Shown here one piece after another: positions 36,339-44,466 of a stretch of 44,466 nucleotides of DNA. Source of the stretch: a virus (lineage: Duplodnaviria; Caudoviricetes); IMG/VR virus record IMGVR_UViG_3300018073_000008, positions 1 to 44,466 of that record; one strand, written 5' to 3'. The position numbers and the translations under genes are program-made. Every line of letters begins with the position of its first letter. The first letter of the stretch is position 1. Below the pieces are notes generated by a model that worked only from the letters and a program-made list of their open reading frames with translations, was not told the origin of the DNA and searched no databases.

Positions 36339-39300
36339 GGCGCAATTGTCCCAGTTTGGCCTGCTACTGAACCGCCATTAGACAACGATCTCAGCATATC
36401 TGCCATCTGCCCCATCAATGCCCTGATGTCTGTATTGCCATCAATTGAATCAACATTCATCAAGTTGTTGATGTTGATGACTGTTCCACCTGCACCACCC
36501 GGCCCCATGCCTGTAGCTGCCTGTCCCTGAAGTGCTGCGATGTCTGCCTCGGACACTCCACCCTTACCTGTGCCACCACCGTACACAGCCCCAAGCAGAG
36601 GTCCAAGCTTCATCATCTCTTCAGGGGTCATCCAGTCCTTACCGCCCTTGAGAGCAGTACCAGATGCACCAACATTGAAGCGATTACTGGTTGGATCCCA
36701 ACCACCAATCTGGAAGAAGTGTCCTGGGAAGCTGCCTCTAGGTCCGACGTTTACAATGCCTGGCTGACCAGCACTGGCACCTTCGGCTAATCTACCCCAA
36801 TCTACATTGCCACCCTGGTAGACGTCATTACTAACGCCCATCTGGTTCAGGGCAGCCCCGATAGTAGCTACGCCTCGGGTACCACCTGAGCTAGCTGGAT
36901 CACCACCCTGTAGCTGTGTGATCAGGGTGTAGGCTTCCTTCAGGGTTGGGTTGCGACCATATGCACGAGCGAAGAATGCTGCTGCCGCTGGACCACATGC
37001 AGCAGCCGCCTGATCAGGAGTAAGCTGCGTAAGATCCATCTGGTTGACGAAGCTCTGGTTGGGTGCTCGGGAACCGGCAGGCATAGTTCCGCCCGCAGTC
37101 GGGATAGGAGCACTGAAACCACCAATAGAACCGCCACCACTACGGATCAATACATCACGGATCTGAGTCAACAACGGTACGGCTTGAGACGCATCTACGC
37201 CAGTGGCAAAGACTTCTGCCATCGCCAAACGTTCTGGAGCTTCTGCTTCAGCAGCGCCCATGCCAGTAGCCGGATGGAACATGTCGTATAGACCACCACC
37301 AGCGGCTCGGCCCAGACCACCACCAACCATGCTACCCAGGAGACCCGTGAGAACGCTTGCGATGCCTCCGCCAGCTAGTCCACCTAGTGCGGCACCCCCA
37401 ACACCACCAATGGTGCCACCAATAGCACCCCAACGCTCCCTATCGCTATCAGCACCAAGGATCTCACCTGCACCCATTATGCCTGCGAGCAGAGCGTTGC
37501 CACCCATCCGGCCAGCACCCTTGGCAATAGTCCCATATCCAGGCCAACCACGCCCAATCGGGAACATTCTGTTGGGATTAGGGAACCTTCTGGTACTGGC
37601 TGGATTAGACGTTGGTAGGTTTCGTTCGTTAGCCAACAACGAGACTGTGCCCATAGCATCATTGAAGTTGCGGATAGGGCCAGCAGGACCACCTACACCG
37701 CCACCACCAAGGATGTTTCTAGCTGCACCACGTCTTAGCGCGGCAACTCCAGCGCCAGCCATGATAAGACCACCAAGAGCTGGACCTGCAATCCCAGCTA
37801 TACCACCAGCGTCTGAAGAACCTTCAATCGCAGCGGTCCCAGCCACAGCCGCACCACGACTAAGTGCTGGAGACATCCAACCCTTGGTAATATAGCGGAT
37901 GGCAACCATCTCGACTAGTGCCTTGGTGAGCGAGCTACTGATGACTGCCTTCAACAGTTCTGGTAGAGTATCCCCAATAGCCTGAACAAACGATGTACCG
38001 AAGGCTCTAGCAGCTTCGATCATCACGTTGTCTGGGCTACCCTTGAAGAAGGTTGTGATAGCCTCGCCAATAAACGTGCCGAGTTCTCTACCTACGGTCT
38101 GGATCTGGCCGCGCCCACCACCGAGAAACCAACCGGAGAACGCCGCCATCAGTTCTCCGCCAAAGATGCGCAGCTTACTCAGGAAGTTACCAGACTTGAA
38201 GTCGGCATTATTGAGCATCTGAGTGAATAGGGCAGTAATAGTATTGCCGCCACCCACCAGACTAGGTTCTAGCGACCTGAACATCTCTGTCTGGAGTTGT
38301 CCCCAGGCAACACCCATCCTACCCTGGACTGCGGCGAAGCTCTTGTTCATCTCAGCTTCGCCGCCTGCGACAGACCCTTCCCGACCTTCGTTATAAGCTT
38401 GTTCAGCTCTTTTGAACTGATCTACTGAAGTGAGCTGGAAACCACGGACAGCCCGCATGTCTTCGAAGTACGCCTGCATGAGCTGCATCTGACCCGTGAC
38501 ACGAAGAGGATCTTCCTCAGCCGTGTTGCCCATGCGACGCTGTTGAGCCACGTAGGCATCAACCATCTTTCCGCGTAAGTCGAAGATCTGGCGCAGTTGA
38601 ACAATGGCCCTCATGGGGCCACCTTTGAGCAAAGCCGTAGGATCAAGACTTTGGTCTTCGCCCAAGTTCTGTGCCTTACGGACGCGCTCCCAGCCCTGGA
38701 CCAGTTCCTTCTGCTTACCAGTCATCTGGGCAATATCTTTGAAGATGTTACTGAATGATGTTGCCGCTTGTTCAGCAGGCATTACCTGAGTCATTGCCGC
38801 AAAGGCAGCAAACGACTCATTCATCACTGTCATCTTCTCTCCGGCGGTATCGTAGCGTGCGATAAGAGGACCCATCGCAGCCGAAACGCGCGGCAGAACA
38901 TGCTCCAGTTCGTTGAAGCGTACTGTACCTACGTCAGTAATAGCAAACAGTGAATCAGATACAGCCGCCACGTTCTCGATCTCAAGACCATAAGTAGCCA
39001 TAGTCTGGATCAGAGTAGTAGTGGCTTCTGACGCATTGGTACCTGTTGCAAAGGCCAGACGTGCAGACGACTCAGCTAGTTGGAAAGCTACACTGGCATC
39101 GTAGGCAGTCTTACCTAATCTATCTAGTTCTACCTGATTGATCTTGATGGCAGACACGCTGGATGATGCCGTCGTCATCAAATCCCGCATCGAATCGGTG
39201 GCAACGTTGTACTGTATTGCCATCCCGCCGACTTGTCTGCTTAACGTCTGAAACTGCTCTTCATTCAGGCGCAGCAGAGTGTTCGAGACGCGCATCTGGT

Positions 39301-39706
39301 CCTGCCACGCAGAACCAACCTTGATAAAATCGCCAAAAGATTCTATAGCTCTCTGGGGTAACTGCACAATAGGCAGCAACACCGAGAATAAGAGCATCGA
39401 CTTGGTCAGGGATAGGATGTTGTCGGTGAAACCCCTGGTAGCCCTACCGCCCTGCTGGATCTGGTTGCGGCCTCTGTCAATAGCATTGACGAAACCCATG
39501 AATCCACTAGAGACCTGACGAAGGCTAGTGTTCAGCGCCCCCATCGCGGCCGATGTAGTGGTCGTGGTGGTAGTAACTCTAGATAAGGTGCGTTGAGCGC
39601 TTTGAGCAGCACGCTCAACAGCTACATACCCAGACGCAAGGCGGTCAATATTGCGCTGCCCATTGATGACAACGTCAATAGCAGCTACAACTCTACGTAC
39701 CGCCAC
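36335..39706 (-). CDS. tape measure protein with C-terminal C39-like peptidase domain
   Basis: Helical Ala/Gly-rich body with TP901-type segment; NQ...ACGPAAAA...PGIVNV...GHFFQIGGWD. Confidence 0.88.
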   Translation of the reverse strand: MAVRRVVAAIDVVINGQRNIDRLASGYVAVERAAQSAQRTLSRVTTTTTTTSAAMGALNTSLRQVSSGFMGFVNAIDRGRNQIQQGGRATRGFTDNILSLTKSMLLFSVLLPIVQLPQRAIESFGDFIKVGSAWQDQMRVSNTLLRLNEEQFQTLSRQVGGMAIQYNVATDSMRDLMTTASSSVSAIKINQVELDRLGKTAYDASVAFQLAESSARLAFATGTNASEATTTLIQTMATYGLEIENVAAVSDSLFAITDVGTVRFNELEHVLPRVSAAMGPLIARYDTAGEKMTVMNESFAAFAAMTQVMPAEQAATSFSNIFKDIAQMTGKQKELVQGWERVRKAQNLGEDQSLDPTALLKGGPMRAIVQLRQIFDLRGKMVDAYVAQQRRMGNTAEEDPLRVTGQMQLMQAYFEDMRAVRGFQLTSVDQFKRAEQAYNEGREGSVAGGEAEMNKSFAAVQGRMGVAWGQLQTEMFRSLEPSLVGGGNTITALFTQMLNNADFKSGNFLSKLRIFGGELMAAFSGWFLGGGRGQIQTVGRELGTFIGEAITTFFKGSPDNVMIEAARAFGTSFVQAIGDTLPELLKAVISSSLTKALVEMVAIRYITKGWMSPALSRGAAVAGTAAIEGSSDAGGIAGIAGPALGGLIMAGAGVAALRRGAARNILGGGGVGGPAGPIRNFNDAMGTVSLLANERNLPTSNPASTRRFPNPNRMFPIGRGWPGYGTIAKGAGRMGGNALLAGIMGAGEILGADSDRERWGAIGGTIGGVGGAALGGLAGGGIASVLTGLLGSMVGGGLGRAAGGGLYDMFHPATGMGAAEAEAPERLAMAEVFATGVDASQAVPLLTQIRDVLIRSGGGSIGGFSAPIPTAGGTMPAGSRAPNQSFVNQMDLTQLTPDQAAAACGPAAAAFFARAYGRNPTLKEAYTLITQLQGGDPASSGGTRGVATIGAALNQMGVSNDVYQGGNVDWGRLAEGASAGQPGIVNVGPRGSFPGHFFQIGGWDPTSNRFNVGASGTALKGGKDWMTPEEMMKLGPLLGAVYGGGTGKGGVSEADIAALQGQAATGMGPGGAGGTVININNLMNVDSIDGNTDIRALMGQMADMLRSLSNGGSVAGQTGTIAP

Positions 39707-39938
39707 TTGGGAGTCCCTTCGCTGTCCGCACCTTAGCTAGCATTGTCTTCACATTCTTGGCAGTTGCCGCTCCACCACCGCCACCTTTGAACTTGGCTCC
39801 TGTGATGACAGATGCATACACCAGAGCTCGTTCGCCACGGGGTAGGTTGTAGACTTCATTGGGAAACCGGCCTGTTTCAATGAAGATCCTAGCCAAGAGA
39901 TTGGTTTCTGGATGCGCCTCAATCAGAGCTTTTGGCAA
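39693..39938 (-). CDS. tail assembly chaperone C-terminal extension (likely frameshift product)
   Basis: Overlaps chaperone end; GRFPNEVYNLPRGERALVYAS; no clear RBS. Confidence 0.65.
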   Translation of the reverse strand: MPKALIEAHPETNLLARIFIETGRFPNEVYNLPRGERALVYASVITGAKFKGGGGGAATAKNVKTMLAKVRTAKGLPSGGT

Positions 39939-40470
39939 CCTCCACGAGGTCTTCGTGGAACCCGCTTAGCTCTAATACAGCATTAGACACATACAACATC
40001 AAACCAGGCTGGTTCTTGTAGATCTCCAGCACCAGGCGGTCTTCCTGCGTCGCACGCATGTTGTACTTGCGCATCACCTTGGCATCTCTATGATTAGGGC
40101 TTTTTACCCCATAAGCTACCACCAGCGCCTGAAACTTCTGACCGTCCATCTGCTTCTGGAGGGTACCTGCGCCAGTGTTCTTGACCACGCGGCTACTGCG
40201 CTCGATCAACTGCATATGCTCTGGGCCAGTAAGGTTCGTGATAACCCACGGTGCCTTGAAACCGTACTGGCTCATGTCCAACTCGTCGTTGAACTTCTTA
40301 TCTGAGTCGTAAGCAAGAAGCTCCTCCAAAGGATCTACTGGCTCGCCTTGGTACTCAGCGGCAGCTTCCTCTGGAGTGAGCTCTACTAACACGTCAGGCT
40401 TGTTCGGCAGCCTACGCATAGGCGTGCGTACATCCGCAGCCTGAACCTGTGTGTCGATGCTATCGGTCAT
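39919..40470 (-). CDS. tail assembly chaperone, XkdN-like
   Basis: Between tube and TMP; ends VLELSGFHEDLVEVAKSSD. Confidence 0.8.
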   Translation of the reverse strand: MTDSIDTQVQAADVRTPMRRLPNKPDVLVELTPEEAAAEYQGEPVDPLEELLAYDSDKKFNDELDMSQYGFKAPWVITNLTGPEHMQLIERSSRVVKNTGAGTLQKQMDGQKFQALVVAYGVKSPNHRDAKVMRKYNMRATQEDRLVLEIYKNQPGLMLYVSNAVLELSGFHEDLVEVAKSSD

Positions 40471-40485
40471 GCCCGCTATTACTCC

Positions 40486-40959
40486 CTAGTTGCAGTCTTT
40501 ACCTTCGGATTCCCACTCTTGCAGGTTTCCGTCGATGCAGGACAGCAGGTTGTGGTTGATGAATGTGAACGGAATGGCTTCTTCGACTAGCTCATCAACC
40601 TGAAAGCCAATCGGCACTTCCCAGAACTTGACGCCCAGAAGCTCGACAACCTCAGACCCAAAGGCCTCGGGATCATCCAACTCGTAGCGAATCAGAGCTG
40701 GTACCTGCCGAGAACGGCTGTGCCTCTGGTAGGCACCCACCATCCGCAGGAAGTGGCTCGTGACTTTGAAACCTGTGATGGTTCCATCGCCCGAGGTTCC
40801 AGTCGCCTTGTAGCCCGTCTGGCGTGCTCCGGCCAAACGCACCTCTCGGCGGTTGATAGTAATACGGCCCTCGACTCGCTGTACCTGGGTCTGCCACACA
40901 CCATCTAGGAACAGTTCGCCGTAAGAGCCATTGATAGTACGGTCTGGATTCAGCGCCAT
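40486..40959 (-). CDS. tail tube protein, XkdM-like
   Basis: RTINGSYGELFLDG...LDDPEAFGSE...EEAIPFTF. Confidence 0.9.
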   Translation of the reverse strand: MALNPDRTINGSYGELFLDGVWQTQVQRVEGRITINRREVRLAGARQTGYKATGTSGDGTITGFKVTSHFLRMVGAYQRHSRSRQVPALIRYELDDPEAFGSEVVELLGVKFWEVPIGFQVDELVEEAIPFTFINHNLLSCIDGNLQEWESEGKDCN

Positions 40960-40961
40960 GC

Positions 40962-42449
40962 TTATGTCCCAACCTTCACGGTCATCAGGATGACATCAAT
41001 GGTATCGACCACTGTCATCGAGATGTCCAGGTATAGTCGTTCGCCTTCTGACTCACGGGTTTCGCTGAGACCTACCGTGTAGTTATTGCGGATAGCTCTC
41101 TGACCAGCCATCACACGCAGAAAGTCGCGCACCACACCAACTACAGCCTGCTGGCCGTCCGTGTCGTTGGGGACTTTCCCAATGTAGTTCGTTCGTGCAG
41201 CTAGCTCAATCGCCGCTGCAATGGCATCGCACGTGTTGACGATTGATACCTTCTTGAACCCCTGTGGGATTGGATTACCGTCAAGCGCATACCCCGGGAC
41301 CACCAGAGTTGTCACACCCTTGACCACGTGGAAACTGAGTCCAGCTTTGCCAAGGACCGTCACCCCGCTCTTGATCAGAGTATCAACCGTGCTACCCTTG
41401 TTCTTGGCTTCTAGGGCGATCACCTCCTGCAAAGGATAGTACGTCATACCCTGGCCCAACGGGAGTGAAGCCCGCACGCCAGCAATCTGAGCAGCGAAGG
41501 CAGCCCCACGCTTGACAACCAGATTACCTGCTGAATCGGTCTGATTCACGCCTGGGTAGACGTACTGCACACCTTCCTGATTGATGGTCGATGCAGCTGT
41601 CTCGGCCGCTACGGCAGTTTCAGCAAGGCCACTGCCGAGAACCATTGCCACCCGATAACCTTCAAGACGAAGGTCACGCAACCAGGAAGCGAACGTGGCT
41701 TCGATACCAGCCAGGTCGGAGTTCTTGACGTCGCAGGTGAAGACGTCCCACTCGTCTGCTTCCAGGGCGATAGTAGTGAGCAGGTTGATGTAGTCCTGCA
41801 TCACGGGGGCGGACCCTTCGCTTCCAGAAGCAAGAGTCAAAGACGCGCTGGCCGGGATGCTGTTGCCTTCGCCAATAACCGTGGCTGTGACCCAATAGTT
41901 ATTGGTATCCGCGTTGACAAGATCAGCCAAGTTCTTCATGTGGCCTACTGTGCCGCGATTCACATTGCTGGTCCATGTTGCCATCAATGTCGCGCCAACT
42001 GTCAGTAGGACATCTGTCTTGGTGACGTCTCCGGGATTAGCACGGGTCTGCACAATAAACGAGTTGCCGTAGGCCCCCGCATTCTTGGCATCGAACCTGA
42101 TGGCGTTGCTAGGCGTCCCAGCCGTATCCTGCAAGTTTACCGTAGCCTTGGCGCTACTGGCCCCCAGGAGACGGTACATGCGAAGCTCACGAGCTCCACC
42201 CAAAAACGCCTGACGACCAGCGTAATAGGCATTGTTGGTGCCTGTTTCGTTGGGCGTGAAATAGTTGAGCAGATCCGCAAATCCGTCAACTACCTGCACT
42301 TGATTTGCCGGTCCCCACGGTGCCCTGACGATCATTGCCACCCTACCCCGGACGCCAGCGGTAATCGCCGCAATAGCATCAGAGATGAAGTTGACGTATA
42401 GACCCGGCCTGGTTGGAGGCGCGGCTGGAGTCCAAGGACCACCTGGCAT
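40962..42449 (-). CDS. tail sheath protein, XkdK-like
   Basis: MPGGPW...RPGLYVNF, WGP, GAYGN, NYIGKVPNDTDG. Confidence 0.92.
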   Translation of the reverse strand: MPGGPWTPAAPPTRPGLYVNFISDAIAAITAGVRGRVAMIVRAPWGPANQVQVVDGFADLLNYFTPNETGTNNAYYAGRQAFLGGARELRMYRLLGASSAKATVNLQDTAGTPSNAIRFDAKNAGAYGNSFIVQTRANPGDVTKTDVLLTVGATLMATWTSNVNRGTVGHMKNLADLVNADTNNYWVTATVIGEGNSIPASASLTLASGSEGSAPVMQDYINLLTTIALEADEWDVFTCDVKNSDLAGIEATFASWLRDLRLEGYRVAMVLGSGLAETAVAAETAASTINQEGVQYVYPGVNQTDSAGNLVVKRGAAFAAQIAGVRASLPLGQGMTYYPLQEVIALEAKNKGSTVDTLIKSGVTVLGKAGLSFHVVKGVTTLVVPGYALDGNPIPQGFKKVSIVNTCDAIAAAIELAARTNYIGKVPNDTDGQQAVVGVVRDFLRVMAGQRAIRNNYTVGLSETRESEGERLYLDISMTVVDTIDVILMTVKVGT

Positions 42450-42740
42450 TTACTGGACCTCCTGGGGCGTTTCGTACTGCTTGTCCGGAGTAGCCATCAT
42501 CTGGTCAATAGCGCCCTGCACCTGACCTGGTGTGTACTGCTCATTCGGATCAAGCTGTCCTGTCGAGAAAACAGCATCTACAACCCACACTGGCTGATTG
42601 TACAAGGACATCGAGTATGTACGATGATCCGTGTAGCCAAGAGGGGCCTGACCCTGTACTTCCTGATTGGTTGCTTGAGCATCCTTTTCCGTCTGGGTGG
42701 GCGGAACAGGCGGCGAGTTCTCGGGAGGAGTTTCTGTCAT
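42450..42740 (-). CDS. small pre-sheath protein (YqzN/YkzM-like position)
   Basis: 96 aa; EQYTPGQVQGAIDQMM; directly upstream of sheath. Confidence 0.55.
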   Translation of the reverse strand: MTETPPENSPPVPPTQTEKDAQATNQEVQGQAPLGYTDHRTYSMSLYNQPVWVVDAVFSTGQLDPNEQYTPGQVQGAIDQMMATPDKQYETPQEVQ

Positions 42741-43627
42741 AACACTTCTCCTACGACAATGGTAAATTTGTCGTCAACGTTTAGCGTGGTCTCTGCCTCA
42801 ACATACTGAATAAGCGGTGCCTGTTCTCGGTCATGCTCCTGTTCCACAGTGGTTTGCAGAGTGATGTTCCCCGTAAACACACCATTAGTGACATCATCTT
42901 CTCTGCTTCCGGCCGCATAGCCCGTGACACGTAGAAACTGCCACCTGACCCTAACTGTATCACTTGGCTCCAGGGGGGCGGGGCCGCTGCCAAGTAGATT
43001 CTTTATCGCAGTTTGAGGATAGAAAGCACCGCCGTATCTTTCAGGCAAGTCTACGGAGACTTCTCGATGCCCGTTGACGTACACGTTATACTTCTTGAAC
43101 AGAGGCTGGCTATATGGCACACGCGGGATACGCACGCCTATAGAGTTCTTTGGCGCAGCTACGACTACTTCTTGCGCGACACTGGCCGCACTTTCATTAT
43201 CGCAGAGATCAACTGCGCTAACCCGTACAAGATACGATCCAGGAACAAGAGAGCCATCACCAGCAGTGGTAAGCACAACCTCAGGATACTGCCAATCAAA
43301 CCGCCATGCGGGAATGAGATTAACCCACCTGAAACGCTTGCCGCCAAACTTTATAGAGCGCTCGAAGGCATTCATCTTATCCATGACATCAGCCCTGCTG
43401 ATACCATAGTAATCGATGATCCAGTCTACAACCTGTCGATAGCGCCGAGAAGTTAGCTGTTCGTCACGGTGGGTCAGGTATGAGACGCGCCAGCTAGGAC
43501 GCACCAGGGTATTGGGTCGGCTTTCCAGCACCCTGGCCTTACTGCCAACTGGATAGATCTGCCAGATAGCGTGCTTCACAGAGTGAAACTGCTCTTCTAG
43601 ATCCATAGTAGCCGTTGACCTAGACAT
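42737..43627 (-). CDS. putative tail terminator with Fn3/Ig-like insert
   Basis: Position between neck and sheath; start at MSRS (43627); insert GSLVPGSYLVRVSAVD..NESAAS...KYNVY. Confidence 0.55.
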   Translation of the reverse strand: MSRSTATMDLEEQFHSVKHAIWQIYPVGSKARVLESRPNTLVRPSWRVSYLTHRDEQLTSRRYRQVVDWIIDYYGISRADVMDKMNAFERSIKFGGKRFRWVNLIPAWRFDWQYPEVVLTTAGDGSLVPGSYLVRVSAVDLCDNESAASVAQEVVVAAPKNSIGVRIPRVPYSQPLFKKYNVYVNGHREVSVDLPERYGGAFYPQTAIKNLLGSGPAPLEPSDTVRVRWQFLRVTGYAAGSREDDVTNGVFTGNITLQTTVEQEHDREQAPLIQYVEAETTLNVDDKFTIVVGEVL

Positions 43628-44387
43628 TACGTCGTCTGCCCTTGTATGGTTGTCGACGCCGACCCGTCTGCCCCTGCAAGGCAGCGTTGACAGACCCTTC
43701 AACAATGTCATCCGACTGGGCTTCTGTCTCAGCAATACCTTCTTCGATAAAGTGTACGCCTTCCCAATGGGCTTTCACAGGCGTAGCCCTGGGATTACCG
43801 TAGGGCTGAATCATCATGGAGCCGCCGTCGTTTGCCAGGCCCGCATAGGGTAGGAACGTCCCGACGTCTACAGACCAGACGTTGCCTTTGACACGCTTGA
43901 TCTCGGTAATGGCACCCATCTCGACCTGTAGCTCTTCACCAATATCGGTACCTTCTTCGATGTCAGGGCTACCTGCCACACCGTTGACTGCCGCCCATTC
44001 CTCATGCTTTTCCTGGATGGGGACAGAACCTACGTCGTCAACCTGACCACGCATCATTTCCGGTGTATATATACCCCACGCCGCTGCTAACCTGCCTTTA
44101 GAGAACTCGAACGGCTCACCAGTGCTTTCTCTAGGTCGCCATCCAGGGGCAGGCATATGGCGACGGATAGCTTCTTTGGTGTTTCTTGTCAAGGCATTGG
44201 CTAACTGAACAGCGGAATCACGACCCATAACCAGCAGTCTGGCATCTAGAGCTGCCATATCCGAGATAGCACCATCAAAGTCGTTGACTTTCTCGCTAGC
44301 GTAAGTGATACCGCCCCGACCTGGCCGACCTCGTTGCGTAAACGACTGCCCGGAGCTAACGTACATTGACAAGCTACTAGCAGCCAT
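43620..44387 (-). CDS. neck/tail-completion protein (HK97 gp10-like)
   Basis: GRLAAAW...DVGTFLPYAGLANDG...WEGVHFIEEG. Confidence 0.7.
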   Translation of the reverse strand: MAASSLSMYVSSGQSFTQRGRPGRGGITYASEKVNDFDGAISDMAALDARLLVMGRDSAVQLANALTRNTKEAIRRHMPAPGWRPRESTGEPFEFSKGRLAAAWGIYTPEMMRGQVDDVGSVPIQEKHEEWAAVNGVAGSPDIEEGTDIGEELQVEMGAITEIKRVKGNVWSVDVGTFLPYAGLANDGGSMMIQPYGNPRATPVKAHWEGVHFIEEGIAETEAQSDDIVEGSVNAALQGQTGRRRQPYKGRRRNV

Positions 44388-44466
44388 CAGCGTACCACCC
44401 TTCCGGCTTCGCAGTTGACTTCGTAGTGATGCATGGTGAAACGATCATCTACTTCGTCAATGGAGA
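44387..44466 (-). CDS. C-terminal fragment of probable head-closure/head-tail protein
   Basis: Manual: SIDEVDDRFTMHHYEVNCEAGRVVR-stop; TGATG overlap with next gene. Confidence 0.45.
   Translation of the reverse strand, partial: SIDEVDDRFTMHHYEVNCEAGRVVR

Noticed and set aside
16102-44466. PBSX-like tailocin or extracellular contractile injection system
   Set aside because: Neck/head-closure genes and a full replication module are linked, which fits a true phage.
1-44466. CRISPR array, tRNA genes, introns/inteins, stop-codon reassignment
   Set aside because: No repeat-spacer array or cloverleaf noticed; core genes are uninterrupted and of normal size; TAA, TAG and TGA all end well-packed genes.

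Overview
This window is 44.5 kb of a contractile-tailed (myovirus-like) phage genome; no integrase, terminase, portal, capsid or DNA polymerase gene is visible. Left part (1-8198, minus strand): a DNA-modification cluster (GT-B glycosyltransferase truncated by the window edge and absent from the ORF track, nucleoside 2-deoxyribosyltransferase-like protein, DUF1599-like protein), DUF932- and DUF5679-like genes, a gp32-like SSB, DnaG primase, DnaB helicase and an HTH protein. Middle (8346-12659, plus strand): SF2 helicase, small genes, a candidate structured RNA with its own promoter, a Pro-rich peptide and a secreted Pro/Thr-rich protein. Right part (12810-44466, minus strand): neck, sheath, tube, chaperone, tape measure and PBSX XkdP-U-like baseplate genes, a ~10.5 kb fibre/adhesin block, and a lysis cassette. 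Best leads: (i) the ~140-nt multi-stem RNA at 11216-11355; (ii) a possible multi-subunit endolysin (stand-alone LGFP-like domain plus two enzymes sharing an N-terminal FYPP motif); (iii) a +1/-2 tail-chaperone frameshift; (iv) DNA glycosylation. A Chloroflexota-like host is inferred, not shown. All family calls come from motifs read by eye; no searches were run.
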